From Candidatus Nomurabacteria bacterium RIFCSPHIGHO2_12_FULL_42_19 (GTDB lineage Bacteria; Patescibacteriota; Minisyncoccia; Phycocordibacterales; UBA9973), in NCBI GenBank assembly GCA_001786955.1, contig MFUM01000009.1:552-64551 (forward strand): a DNA stretch of 64,000 nucleotides, in the 5' to 3' direction. The notes below the pieces were generated by a model, which saw only the letters and a list, made by a program, of their open reading frames with translations, searched no databases and was not told the DNA's origin. Made by a program: the position numbers and the translations under genes. Position 1 is the stretch's first letter, and the number at the start of each line of letters is the position of its first letter. Of the stretch, positions 46,189 to 55,984 are shown in pieces.

Positions 46189-47028
46189 TTAAATTAAAAA
46201 CTCTATTACGTCACCGTCTTTGACTATATACTCTTTGCCTTCAGTGCGGACCCAGCCGTGCTCACGCGCCTTGGCAAAAGAACCGGCTTCCACCAGCTTG
46301 TCATAGGCCACGACCTCCGCCCGGATAAACTTATCCCGGAAATCCGTATGGATTGATTTGCCGGCAAATGGCGCGGTCGCTCCGCGGACTGTCGTCCAGG
46401 CCCTTGATTCATCTTCTCCGGTGGTAAAAAAAGTAATCAGATTGAGTAAGTCATAACTCGCTTTAATCAAGTTATCCAGACCAGTGCCGAAAATAGGGTC
46501 AACTTCTATATACGGGCCCGGAAGTTTTGAAATAAAATCCCGTTTCACATTTTCTGCAGCCTCCGATGTGTTCAATACATACAAAGTCGGCTTTTTAATC
46601 CCTGCCTGCTCCAATTCAAAATTAATAACTTCTATATCAAAAAGCGGGTCAATAGCCTCATGCACATGAATCATCGCCTTATCTTCAAAAATTCGCACCA
46701 CTTCAATAATCGCGTCCACTTCACGAATGTGGGAGAGAAATTTATTGCCAAGCCCGGCGCCGGTACTCGCGCCTTTGACCAGACCGGCGATATCTACAAA
46801 TTCTACTATCGCGGGAATAGTTTTTTTGGACTTGGAAATTGCCGAGAGTTTGGTCAGGCGCTCATCCGGCACCGGCACGATGCCGACCGACGGATCAATC
46901 GTGCAGAACGGATAATTTTCCGCCGGCACACCTTTTTTCGTCAGCGCGTTAAAAAGCGTGGACTTCCCCACGTTTGGCAGACCGACAATCCCTATACTTA
47001 ATGACATATAGAAAATATACCTCAACAC
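46189..47028 (-). CDS. ychF: Ribosome-binding ATPase YchF (compact form)
   Basis: G1 GIVGLPNVGKSTLFNA and a C-terminal TGS domain. Only 279 aa against a typical 360, so the helical insert is missing. The probable start is the Met at MSLSIG (47010). Confidence 0.85.
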   Translation of the reverse strand: MLRYIFYMSLSIGIVGLPNVGKSTLFNALTKKGVPAENYPFCTIDPSVGIVPVPDERLTKLSAISKSKKTIPAIVEFVDIAGLVKGASTGAGLGNKFLSHIREVDAIIEVVRIFEDKAMIHVHEAIDPLFDIEVINFELEQAGIKKPTLYVLNTSEAAENVKRDFISKLPGPYIEVDPIFGTGLDNLIKASYDLLNLITFFTTGEDESRAWTTVRGATAPFAGKSIHTDFRDKFIRAEVVAYDKLVEAGSFAKAREHGWVRTEGKEYIVKDGDVIEFLI

Positions 47029-47346
47029 TTATTTTTTTCCAAGCCCTAAAACCCTAAAATAAGTGTATAGATATAGCAAAAATAAGCGCCAAAAACAAAG
47101 CAGGTCCCGTACTGAGCCCTGCCTGTCGACAGACAGGTTTGCTCTTATGAAGTTATCCCCATAGTCTTAATATTATAAAGAATGAAAAGTGTTATAATTG
47201 AGAGTTGGAAAGAGGAGAGGATTAACGCTCTTGCTCTAGGTTCATAAAAAGGTCGACTACACTAACCAATTCGAAGGAATTGGGATTTCGAAAAAATCCT
47301 TCAAAATTATAAACTTCTCTAATTTAATAACTAAAATAAAAAAATT

Positions 47347-48864
47347 ATGAAAAAATTCAACAAAGCTTCAATTATTTTTGTTTCTCTGGCTCTCGGCTTA
47401 GTTTTGCCGGTTTCCGCATTGGCGGCTACGACGCCTTCTCTCGGAGCAGCGGCAACCTATGGCATTCTCAGCAGTACCTACACCAACACAGTGGCAGGAA
47501 CTACAGTCAACGGAGACGTCGGGTTTACCACCGGACCGGCCGTTGCCCCCGCTGGCACGCATACAAACTACGGAAGTGGCGCCCCATATTCTACGGCGGG
47601 CTCGGCTCAGGGTAGCGCTTTATCCGCTTTGGCTTCTCAGGCATGCACCTTCACTTTTGCGCCTGGAGCGATTAATCTTTCTACCGACACGACTCACGGC
47701 CCTATCGGCGTATACACCCCTGGGGTGTATTGCAGTACGGGGGCGATGAATGTGGGGGGGCCGCTCACTCTCAGCGGCAGTGGAACATATGTTTTTAGGC
47801 CTGTGGGCGCGCTTGATTCAACCGCCGGGGCAATTGTCTCATTGTCCGGCGCATCAGCTTGTGATGTTTTTTGGACGCCGAGCGCGGCTACGACGCTGGC
47901 TGCTAATACAACTTTTGTGGGAACGGTAATTGACAATTCCGGTATTACGGTGGGCGCTAACACCACCTGGAATGGAAGGGCTTTGGCCTTCGGTGGAACA
48001 GTCACGACAGCTACTGATACCATTACCGCGCCAACTTGTTCTACTCCAACTCCAACTCCAACACCGACCCCAACACCAGTTCTAGTTCCACCCTTAATCA
48101 GCATTACCAAAGTCCCATCTTTGCTGGCACTACTGGCTGCTGGAGGCGGATCGGTTGCGTTTGATTATGCAGTTTCGAACATTGGAACCGTTGCAATGAG
48201 CAACGTCACGGTTGCCGATAATAAATGTTCTCCTGTAACCTTTCTTTCCGGCGATACTAATGGTAATTTAACGCTTGAAGTCACTGAAACATGGAATTAC
48301 CGCTGCACCGCGAATGTCTCGCAAACCACTACCAATACGGTAACTGCGACCGGTCAGGCCAATGGTTTTACCGCTACTGATACCGCCGAGGCAACGGTTG
48401 TTGTCGGCGCTGCGCTTCCGCCGCCATTAATTCATCTGGTAAAAAAGCCAAGCGTATTACTTCTTCCCGCTTCCGGCGGAGCGGTTACCTACACATATAC
48501 GGTAACTAATCCGGGCACAGTCGCTCTGAATGATGTCAGTGTTGCTGATAATAAATGCAGTCCGGTTTCCGGCCGTTCCGGCGATGTTAATAGCAACAAT
48601 ATGCTTGATGTCTCGGAGACGTGGGTTTATTCCTGTCAAATGAATTTGACCCAAACGACAACCAACACTGGGACAGCGCAAGGAAGCGCTAATGGCTTTA
48701 CCGTTACCGATCTATCGCTGGCTACAGTTGTGGTATCTGCTCCCGCTCTTCCTAAAACCGGATTTCCTCCGGAAGAAAATACTCTTTGGAATATCATTCT
48801 TCCAGCCGGAATTCTTGGCGCTCTATTCTCATTCTACTTGGCTCGAAAAAAAGAACTAATCTAG
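47347..48864 (+). CDS. Sortase-substrate surface protein: signal peptide, ice-binding-like (DUF3494) beta-helix, TP linker, 2 x DUF11 and LPKTG anchor
   Basis: N-terminal LGAAATYGILSSTYTNTVAGTTVNGDVGFTTGPA matches the IBP/DUF3494 start. The (TP)5 linker is followed by two VTNxGTVAL...VADNKCSP...ETW.Y.C repeats. The C-terminus is LPKTG, then a hydrophobic stretch, then RKKELI. Confidence 0.7.
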   Translation: MKKFNKASIIFVSLALGLVLPVSALAATTPSLGAAATYGILSSTYTNTVAGTTVNGDVGFTTGPAVAPAGTHTNYGSGAPYSTAGSAQGSALSALASQACTFTFAPGAINLSTDTTHGPIGVYTPGVYCSTGAMNVGGPLTLSGSGTYVFRPVGALDSTAGAIVSLSGASACDVFWTPSAATTLAANTTFVGTVIDNSGITVGANTTWNGRALAFGGTVTTATDTITAPTCSTPTPTPTPTPTPVLVPPLISITKVPSLLALLAAGGGSVAFDYAVSNIGTVAMSNVTVADNKCSPVTFLSGDTNGNLTLEVTETWNYRCTANVSQTTTNTVTATGQANGFTATDTAEATVVVGAALPPPLIHLVKKPSVLLLPASGGAVTYTYTVTNPGTVALNDVSVADNKCSPVSGRSGDVNSNNMLDVSETWVYSCQMNLTQTTTNTGTAQGSANGFTVTDLSLATVVVSAPALPKTGFPPEENTLWNIILPAGILGALFSFYLARKKELI

Positions 48865-48877
48865 TCCAAGCATAAAT

Positions 48878-50830
48878 ATGAATCTATATATAAAAAAATT
48901 GAATAAAAATTCAATAATAATAATATTCGCGCTTTTCTTGGTTTTTACCGGATACAATAATATTGTGCGAGCCGCAACCGGGGGAGGTACAGCCACGATT
49001 GCGGTAGATGGCGGTGCTCAGGGCGCGGGTGTGACCGTTGTACAATCCACCTCACATACTTTTACCGCTGTTTTGACGATTAATGTAAGCGGAATGACTC
49101 TCGGTGCGGCAAGCCCAACTTTTACCATTCCGACCGGTTTTACCGCGCCGAATGCTAGTCCTGTCGCTGTCGCAGGTGATGTAAATGCCGATGGAAAATG
49201 GTCTGTTGTGTCAGGCACGGGTTCTTGTGTTGTGGACTCCGCTCCCGGTTCTCCCAATACCACCGCTACAGGACAAGTAATTACTGTTGACATAACAGCA
49301 GATTGCGCAAATGGCGATACAATTACTCTTACCTATAAAGGAACATCTAATGTGGCAATGGGGGCGACAGCTCTGACTGTTAGTACGGCTGATGCCGGGG
49401 ACCCAGGCCCGGTTACGCCGCTTCTTGCCGGTTCGCCGACAATTACTGTTACTGCCGCCGATGTCACTGCTCCGACTGTTGCCGTTACCATGGACGATGA
49501 CGCTTTGAATATCGGCGATACATCTTTGGTCACCTTCACCTTTTCGGAAACTCCGGTAGAATTTGCTACGGCCGATGTTACCGTTGCTAATGGTTCAATC
49601 GGAGCGATAGACACTAGCAACCCGCTCGTGCAGACCGCGACTTATACCCCGACGAATGGCATCACGGACGCAACAAATGTCATTACTGTCGGCACCGCTT
49701 GGACGGACGCGGCTTTAAATGCTGGTGTTGGCGATGATTCGCCGAATTACACGATTGATACTACCGCGGCAACCGAAACTATTACTGTCATTAAATTAGT
49801 GGTCGGAGGAACAAAAGTTGTTGCTGATTTTCCTTTGTTTGTAAATGCTTCGGGAGTTACCTCTGGTGTTGCCAATAGCTTTCCCGTGCCTGCCACCTAT
49901 ACTGTAACAGAAACCTCTAACACAAATTATACCGCCAGTTTTTCCGGTTTTTGTCCGGGCGGTGTCATAAGCCTTACCCTGGGTACTCCCAAAATTTGCA
50001 CTATCACTAATACTTATGCCATACCCCCCGTATCTGGAAGTGTAAGTTTGTCTTCGGCGCCAGTCCCGCCTTTAATCGACGTGTTAAAAGTGCCCAGCCC
50101 TTTGGCCTTGCCAAGTGGTCCCGGTCCAGTGACATACACCTATACGCTTCGCAATATCGGAACGGTTCCGGTAACCAATATAACTATGGCGGGCGATAGT
50201 TGCAGCCCTATAATCTTTGTCTCCGGCGATGCTAATGCCAATGCCAAACTCGAGGTGAACGAAAGATGGGTCTATCGCTGCACGACAACACTCTCACAAA
50301 CTCATACAAATGTCGTCACCACAACCGGATGGGCTAATGGAATAAGCGCGGTTGACATCGCAACCGCCACAGTTGTTGTCGGAGCGTCAATCGTGCCACC
50401 CTTGATCCACGTAACAAAAGTCCCGAACACATTTTTGCTTTCTTCTCCCGGTGGAGCGGTTACTTACACATATACCGTGACCAATCCCGGCACAGTGCCA
50501 TTAAGCAATGTCAGCGTTACCGATGATAAATGCACCGGCTTGCCAGGCCGTGTTCTGGGACATCCGGGAGACCTTAATAAAAATAACCTGTTGGAAACCA
50601 ATGAGACCTGGAGTTTTGTCTGCCAAACAAATCTTACGCAAACAACGACAAATACCGTCACGGCCAGCGGCGATGCCAATGGCCTCACGGCCAGAGATTT
50701 CGCAATTGCGACCGTCGTTGTATCTGCCCCCGGTTTTCCGAAAACGGGATTTCCTTCTGAAGAAAAAAAAGGTTTGTGGAATTATGCTATGAACCTTCTG
50801 GAGAATCTATGGAATTTAAGTTTTCATTAA
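48878..50830 (+). CDS. Surface protein: signal peptide, Ig-like region, 2 x DUF11 and an FPKTG motif with an atypical tail
   Basis: Two repeats homologous to those in the preceding protein. The C-terminus is FPKTGFPSEEKK followed by a non-hydrophobic tail that overlaps the sortase start. Confidence 0.6.
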   Translation: MNLYIKKLNKNSIIIIFALFLVFTGYNNIVRAATGGGTATIAVDGGAQGAGVTVVQSTSHTFTAVLTINVSGMTLGAASPTFTIPTGFTAPNASPVAVAGDVNADGKWSVVSGTGSCVVDSAPGSPNTTATGQVITVDITADCANGDTITLTYKGTSNVAMGATALTVSTADAGDPGPVTPLLAGSPTITVTAADVTAPTVAVTMDDDALNIGDTSLVTFTFSETPVEFATADVTVANGSIGAIDTSNPLVQTATYTPTNGITDATNVITVGTAWTDAALNAGVGDDSPNYTIDTTAATETITVIKLVVGGTKVVADFPLFVNASGVTSGVANSFPVPATYTVTETSNTNYTASFSGFCPGGVISLTLGTPKICTITNTYAIPPVSGSVSLSSAPVPPLIDVLKVPSPLALPSGPGPVTYTYTLRNIGTVPVTNITMAGDSCSPIIFVSGDANANAKLEVNERWVYRCTTTLSQTHTNVVTTTGWANGISAVDIATATVVVGASIVPPLIHVTKVPNTFLLSSPGGAVTYTYTVTNPGTVPLSNVSVTDDKCTGLPGRVLGHPGDLNKNNLLETNETWSFVCQTNLTQTTTNTVTASGDANGLTARDFAIATVVVSAPGFPKTGFPSEEKKGLWNYAMNLLENLWNLSFH

Positions 50831-51399
50831 AATGGTCATTGCTTATTATTGGTATTGCGGGAATTGCATTCTCCGCAATAATTGTTTCATTCCCGGCTTC
50901 GGATTTGTCAGCCCGTAATCTTTCCCAGAGCATCTCTTTTGAAATGCAGACCAGTCCGGGACTTCCAGCCCGTCTTAAAATTCCAAAAATTAATGTTAAT
51001 ACTGTTGTTGAATATGTAGGTCTCACGCCAGAAGGGGCAATGGGCGTGCCCAAAGGGCCTGCCGGTGTAGCTTGGTATAAGCTCGGGCCGCGCCCCGGGG
51101 AAAAAGGCAGTGCTGTTATAGCCGGACATTCCGGCTATAAAGATAAAAAACCGGCAGTCTTTGATAACTTACATAAATTGGTTAAGGGGGATAAAATATA
51201 TGTTGAAGATGAATTTGGGATAATTGCCACTTTCGTGGTACGTGAAAAACGACTATACGATCCAAATGTAGACGCTTCAGACGTGTTTGGTTCAAGCGAC
51301 GGAAAAGCACACCTTAATCTTGTTACCTGCGAAGGGGTCTGGGATGAAGTTACTAAAAGTCGTTCCAAGCGGCTGGTAGTCTTTGCGGATAAAGAATAA
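50809..51399 (+). CDS. Sortase (transpeptidase)
   Basis: N-terminal signal-anchor, catalytic His (VIAGHSG), the TLxTC motif NLVTCEG and a conserved Arg. The ORF track starts at GTG 50776, but ATG 50809 is preferred. Confidence 0.8.
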   Translation: MEFKFSLKWSLLIIGIAGIAFSAIIVSFPASDLSARNLSQSISFEMQTSPGLPARLKIPKINVNTVVEYVGLTPEGAMGVPKGPAGVAWYKLGPRPGEKGSAVIAGHSGYKDKKPAVFDNLHKLVKGDKIYVEDEFGIIATFVVREKRLYDPNVDASDVFGSSDGKAHLNLVTCEGVWDEVTKSRSKRLVVFADKE

Positions 51400-51409
51400 A
51401 TTACAAAAA

Positions 51410-51793
51410 CTAATTCCCAAAATTAATCTGGAAACTATACATTCCCATTCCGCATATTCCCTGCAATGGTTCCCCCGCTTTTGGAATTCCGAGATCAATT
51501 TCCGTTTCTCCCGTTTGGGGTAAAATCTTCTGAAAATTGACAGAACGAATCACAAGCGCCGCCGAGCAATCATATGTGCTTTCCGTTTTGACAATAAGTT
51601 TTGTCGGTATCCCCGCTTTTGCGGCAGAGATTCCCGGAGAATAACCGCCCTTGGCATTTATCGTGATGTATTGAATGCCATTTCTTATTTCAATATTGTT
51701 CTGTGCCGATTCGGAATCCGATTCGCCGGTAAAAATAATGCCCATGACAACAATTAGGCCGAGCGTAATAATAATCAAAACTGTTTTATTCAT
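51410..51793 (-). CDS. Secreted hypothetical protein with Cys/Met motifs (DCSAAL, ICGMGMY)
   Basis: 127 aa with a signal peptide. It sits in the copper/thiol gene cluster and contains no His. Confidence 0.3.
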   Translation of the reverse strand: MNKTVLIIITLGLIVVMGIIFTGESDSESAQNNIEIRNGIQYITINAKGGYSPGISAAKAGIPTKLIVKTESTYDCSAALVIRSVNFQKILPQTGETEIDLGIPKAGEPLQGICGMGMYSFQINFGN

Positions 51794-51843
51794 TGATTTT
51801 GCAAATCACGTCGCGCAAGTTCGATTAAAGCGCGACGCTTAAA

Positions 51844-52893
51844 TTATACATTAAACAGCGGATTAATAATTCCCAATCCGGCAAGTCCCGCAAGCAATGC
51901 AAACAAGCCAAGCCCGACTACCACCACTCCCGCGGATTTGAAAAATAATGGCGCGTGTTTTGAATGCGCAAAAGATGCCGGCCCGAATGATAACAGCAGG
52001 AGCATTGGCAATGTCCCCAGGGCAAACGCAAACATAATCAAAAATCCCGATAGAAGCGAACCGCTTCCCAATGCGGCAACCTGCATTGACTGGGTAAATC
52101 CGCAGGGCAGGAAAAACGTGCCGAAACCGACTAAAAGAGGTGTGAAAGTTTTGTGTTCTATTTTTCTAAAAACAGAAAAAACTTTTTGAAAAATTCCGGA
52201 AGGAAATGTAACTTTGTTTTTTGCAAATAACCCCAGTAAATTAAAACCAAGCAACAACATAACTAGAGACGCGGCGATTCCCAGTATCGCCGTAAACGTG
52301 AAGTTGATGCCTATCGCATTGCCGGCCAATCCGAGAGTTCCGCCCAAAATCGCAAAGCTGAAAAGCCGGCCTAAATGAAAAAGAATAAAATTCTTTTTAT
52401 CGCTGACATTATCCTGCGATACTTTCGCCGAGAGAGATAAAACCAAACCCCCGACGATAGCCAGGCAGCTGGAAACCGAAGCAATGAGCCCGATAATAAA
52501 GCTTGTTGCCGGTGTAGTTTTGCCCCCAATACCGAGATTGAGAATTCCCGATTTCTGTAATAGAAAAAAGAGCGCTAAAAATACAAGCCCAATCGGTATA
52601 GCTTTCCAAATCACATCATCTGCCTGCGCAGACAGGTCATTTTCTTTTTCTATCAATCTTTTCTCTACTGAAAGAATGTAGTTATTTGGCTTTAATTTAT
52701 TTGTTAAAAAAGTAGCCACTTCTTCAGCATCCTGATTGTTGTCAGTTTCAATTTCAACAATTTCTTTTTTTAAATCAACTCGCGCGTTTTTTACAAAATC
52801 CTGCTCTTTCAAAATATCTTCAATTAGGATTTTGCATGACGCGCAGTGAGTGCCAGTGACGTGAAATGTATATTTTTTCAACATTGAACACAC
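51844..52893 (-). CDS. HMA-domain protein fused to a DsbD_2/CcdA-like membrane domain
   Basis: N-terminal GTHCASCK (the MxCxxC heavy-metal-associated fold) followed by 6-8 TM helices with conserved Cys (SSCLAIVGG, FLPCGFTQ). Confidence 0.55.
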   Translation of the reverse strand: MCSMLKKYTFHVTGTHCASCKILIEDILKEQDFVKNARVDLKKEIVEIETDNNQDAEEVATFLTNKLKPNNYILSVEKRLIEKENDLSAQADDVIWKAIPIGLVFLALFFLLQKSGILNLGIGGKTTPATSFIIGLIASVSSCLAIVGGLVLSLSAKVSQDNVSDKKNFILFHLGRLFSFAILGGTLGLAGNAIGINFTFTAILGIAASLVMLLLGFNLLGLFAKNKVTFPSGIFQKVFSVFRKIEHKTFTPLLVGFGTFFLPCGFTQSMQVAALGSGSLLSGFLIMFAFALGTLPMLLLLSFGPASFAHSKHAPLFFKSAGVVVVGLGLFALLAGLAGLGIINPLFNV

Positions 52894-52909
52894 AGTTTAT
52901 CACGAAGAA

Positions 52910-53854
52910 TTATGCGCCGCAACTTCCGCCTCCTTTTTGTTCTTGTGGTTGTATTTGCGACAAGACTCCCTGATATCCCGACGCGCTGGAAAATTCGGCT
53001 GAGAGGATTTTCTTCGGGTCAGCGGTGTTCCAATCCATATTTTTGGATTTAAAAAAAACCGCGACGGCTTTATATTGGCCCGGGAACCAAAGAGTATTTA
53101 CCTGCAGCGCAACTTTATACATATCCGTTTCGGAAACTCCCTGTGAAGCCATAAGTTCCAACAATCCGAGCATCGCCATGCCGTGGTTGCAGTCCGGAAA
53201 ATAGGTGGAATTATCGCAGCAGGGCCTATATATATCCTTAGAAACTTTTTCAATCAGCATCTGCTGTTCCGGCGTAAGCGTTATAAATGAATGCATGCCG
53301 TAATGCGCCATTGCATTTCCTTTTGCCAGTGTCCAGCCGCCGGTAGATGCGAAATTCCCCGCCTTCGCCAAGGCTTCCGCCGTCACTGAAGTTTTGGCGG
53401 ACAAGTCGGCGGGCAAGCCCGCATCGCCATATGTTACCATTGGTCCTTCTGTAAGAATCGGATTTTTGTTTCCCAATCCAAGAGCCCAAAGCATATTCAG
53501 CATTACGCCGGAATTTTCGGAATTAATTACGAGATTCCCGTTATCAGAATTGTAAAGTAATTTTTTGTCCGACTCGGAAAGCCCGCCGCGTCCGCTGTAA
53601 AGATTTTCAAATTTTTCCTTGTCAATCACTCCAGCTTCCGTCATTTTTACTCCCATATCCCCCCATCGGACCGGCAGCTCTGTTCCATTTTTGAGGGAAA
53701 TTTCATCTTGCGGATTCAGCCGCGCCGGATGCCATAAAATTTCCTGGCTCTTTAATCGCGCCGTATAAATCCAAGCTCCGGAAATCAAAGCCGCCACGAT
53801 AATAATGCTCACTATCGGGGGTAGATTTTTTTCTTTTTTTGTTTCATTTTCCAT
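52910..53854 (-). CDS. Hypothetical membrane-anchored periplasmic protein with a Cys cluster (PCCDNSTYFPDCNHG)
   Basis: 314 aa with an N-terminal TM helix and a C-terminal GGGSCGA. No family was recognised. Confidence 0.3.
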   Translation of the reverse strand: MENETKKEKNLPPIVSIIIVAALISGAWIYTARLKSQEILWHPARLNPQDEISLKNGTELPVRWGDMGVKMTEAGVIDKEKFENLYSGRGGLSESDKKLLYNSDNGNLVINSENSGVMLNMLWALGLGNKNPILTEGPMVTYGDAGLPADLSAKTSVTAEALAKAGNFASTGGWTLAKGNAMAHYGMHSFITLTPEQQMLIEKVSKDIYRPCCDNSTYFPDCNHGMAMLGLLELMASQGVSETDMYKVALQVNTLWFPGQYKAVAVFFKSKNMDWNTADPKKILSAEFSSASGYQGVLSQIQPQEQKGGGSCGA

Positions 53855-53872
53855 GTTTTTCTTGTAATTTAA

Positions 53873-53913
53873 CCCCGACGCCTTTGGGTCGGGGTCCCGA
53901 CTTTTCGTCGGGA
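53873..53913. repeat. Family-1 double-hairpin element copy C (intergenic)
   Basis: ccccgac-gcctttgg-gtcgggg followed by tcccgac-ttttc-gtcggga. Confidence 0.75.
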
Positions 53914-53923
53914 TTAGTAATTT

Positions 53924-54226
53924 TTAACAGCAGTTATCCAACCGTTTTTTAATTTCTTCGGCTTTTGGACTTTCTGTCCTATTTTTACGCTTTAAGAATA
54001 ATTTTTTCAGCTCTGTTACGATGCCGCCTATTGACATACCCATCAAAATTGCGGTAATAAATTCATAGCGGGGCACGGACAAAAGTCCAAACCACATGCC
54101 AGAGAGCATCCATGCCCAGGTTAGAGTTACTCCGGCGCAAATTGAACATACTTGTATGGGCAATTTTTTATTAAGAACCCATATGACACACGTAAGAATG
54201 AGAACTGACAATAATGCGATAATCAT
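53924..54226 (-). CDS. Small membrane protein with Cys motifs (CSICAG, C-terminal DNCC)
   Basis: 100 aa with two TM helices. Confidence 0.3.
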   Translation of the reverse strand: MIIALLSVLILTCVIWVLNKKLPIQVCSICAGVTLTWAWMLSGMWFGLLSVPRYEFITAILMGMSIGGIVTELKKLFLKRKNRTESPKAEEIKKRLDNCC

Positions 54227-54227
54227 A

Positions 54228-55007
54228 TTAGATGAAGAAAATTAAGATGCCGATAATAATCATGACAATTCCCGCCCAGAGCCTGAGCCCGTTCATATTG
54301 TCGCGCTTCCATACCTGCATTTTATCAACCAATAATTTATCTGCCGATATAAACAACACGGCTACCAGCGGCAGAATTAGAATCAGATTGTAGAGCAATA
54401 GATAATTAAATCCGCTCACATAAGTCATCTGGTCGCGCAGGAGCCCGATGACCATCAAATATGGCCCGCCCATGCATGGGAACTGGCAGATGCCAACCAA
54501 AAACCCCAGCCCGAATACTGCCGGAAAGGAAGCTTTGTCCATTAATTTTCCCATGCCAGCGTGAGCAATTCCTGGAATCTTGAGTTTGATGGGGAATGTC
54601 GGGAAGAAACGATTGAGAAGATTGAGCACACCGAAGATAATGAGAAGCGTTGCTCCCAATTTTCCCATAAAATGCGGAGTGTTGAACAGATGTAGCACTT
54701 TCAGTATTCCCAGGCCAATAAGAAAATACGCGGCGAATATTCCGGCAATGTATGTTCCGCCTAGTCTGAGAATTTTTCCCCGGCTCATTTGGATTCCGAA
54801 GAGAAATGCAATAGTGATGAGGAGAATTGAGAATGAACAGGGATGCACGCTATCCAGGACGGCAGCCACCAAAACAAGCGGCAAAAGCCAGGTCCCCTGC
54901 TTGCTCAAACTCCAGATGATTGAGGAAGTTGCCGGAGCGTTTTTGAGAATAACTATGCCGACGATGACGGCAAGTATAATGCAGATTGTAATAATGATTC
55001 TTTTCAT
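54228..55007 (-). CDS. ccdA: Cytochrome c-type biogenesis/thiol-disulfide transporter CcdA (DsbD family)
   Basis: Conserved Cys in TM1 (HPCSF) and in TM4 (CQFPCMGGPY). Confidence 0.65.
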   Translation of the reverse strand: MKRIIITICIILAVIVGIVILKNAPATSSIIWSLSKQGTWLLPLVLVAAVLDSVHPCSFSILLITIAFLFGIQMSRGKILRLGGTYIAGIFAAYFLIGLGILKVLHLFNTPHFMGKLGATLLIIFGVLNLLNRFFPTFPIKLKIPGIAHAGMGKLMDKASFPAVFGLGFLVGICQFPCMGGPYLMVIGLLRDQMTYVSGFNYLLLYNLILILPLVAVLFISADKLLVDKMQVWKRDNMNGLRLWAGIVMIIIGILIFFI

Positions 55008-55009
55008 AA

Positions 55010-55543
55010 TTAAGGAGTTACATTTGCCTTGATTTCGAATTGAAGCTTGTTGCCATTATCGTCTTCAAGGTAGACAAAACGGTCAATCCTCCCGACACCG
55101 GCCGGACCGTGAGCATTCGGGTCATAGACAACCTCAATGTCCGTCGATTGTCCGGCTTTTATCGTCTCGTTCAGCTTTGGAACAAACCCCATGCCTGGCA
55201 TGCCAAAAGGCCCGTTTTTATTTCCGTCCGAACGGACAAAATACGCCACCGTGCACATGCAGGAGGTTGTTAAACTTGGAAAGTTGACATCTTTGTCCGT
55301 TCCGTTAGTCACTTTAAACATTTTGCTGACATTCCCATTTTTCATGGAAATCGTGCCAAAATCATAGAGCGTTTCGGGTGCAATCAGTTGATTTTCCCCG
55401 CCCGCGGCATTTTGCGCAGCGCTGTCGGCAAGTATTTTGATTGGTTCATTTTTATTGGAAGCTTTGCTTCTTCCGGTCAGCCACAAGAAACCGAACAAAC
55501 CTACCACAATAAATGTCCACACGATAACCTGTTTAGTTTTCAT
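55010..55543 (-). CDS. DUF1573-domain protein
   Basis: FKVTNGTDKDVNFPSLTTSCMCT matches the DUF1573 signature (…SCGCT). Confidence 0.55.
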   Translation of the reverse strand: MKTKQVIVWTFIVVGLFGFLWLTGRSKASNKNEPIKILADSAAQNAAGGENQLIAPETLYDFGTISMKNGNVSKMFKVTNGTDKDVNFPSLTTSCMCTVAYFVRSDGNKNGPFGMPGMGFVPKLNETIKAGQSTDIEVVYDPNAHGPAGVGRIDRFVYLEDDNGNKLQFEIKANVTP

Positions 55544-55574
55544 AGAATTTATTTAATTAACGCTGTTAAAGAGA

Positions 55575-55979
55575 TTACACAGCGTAAACAGACGGACTAT
55601 TTTCAAAAAGCGAGAGCCATTTGATTATTTTATCTAAGTGGTTATATGATGTTTTATTATAGAAAAAAAGTTTCCACTTATAAAAAAGGAAGGGTTTTTG
55701 ATTGGAAAATACTTGTCCGCCCAAAAAATATAAAATCATCCCAAAAATCAGAAACGAAAAAAGAAACAGCGATGGGAAAATTGCGCTTGAGAATTGGCGC
55801 CAATTGTTGATATGGTCAAAGCTGTTTTCACATATTGAATAGCCGTTTTGAGCGTAGGGGCAATCTACCATAGGCGCTTCGGCTATATGGCTGAACTTGA
55901 ACAAGCCGAAAATTCCTATGCTTATATAAATAAGCAAAACAAAAGCGCCGATGAATAATTTTATATTGCGCAAACTCAT
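55575..55979 (-). CDS. Hypothetical membrane protein with a periplasmic Cys pair (DCPYAQNGYSIC)
   Basis: 134 aa with three TM helices. Confidence 0.3.
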   Translation of the reverse strand: MSLRNIKLFIGAFVLLIYISIGIFGLFKFSHIAEAPMVDCPYAQNGYSICENSFDHINNWRQFSSAIFPSLFLFSFLIFGMILYFLGGQVFSNQKPFLFYKWKLFFYNKTSYNHLDKIIKWLSLFENSPSVYAV

Positions 55980-55984
55980 ATTTA

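Noticed and set aside
50763-50770. A8 homopolymer after FPKTG as a phase-variation or frameshift site in surface protein 2
   Set aside because: A +1 slip would fuse the protein to the entire sortase frame. A -1 slip terminates after 4 codons. Neither yields a normal hydrophobic-plus-basic sorting tail, so the feature is left as an atypical C-terminus rather than a frameshift.
50776-50808. GTG start for sortase as given by the ORF track
   Set aside because: ATG 50809 (MEFKFSLKW...) gives a normal N-terminal signal-anchor. The upstream GTG-initiated segment has no RBS context and lies inside the preceding gene.
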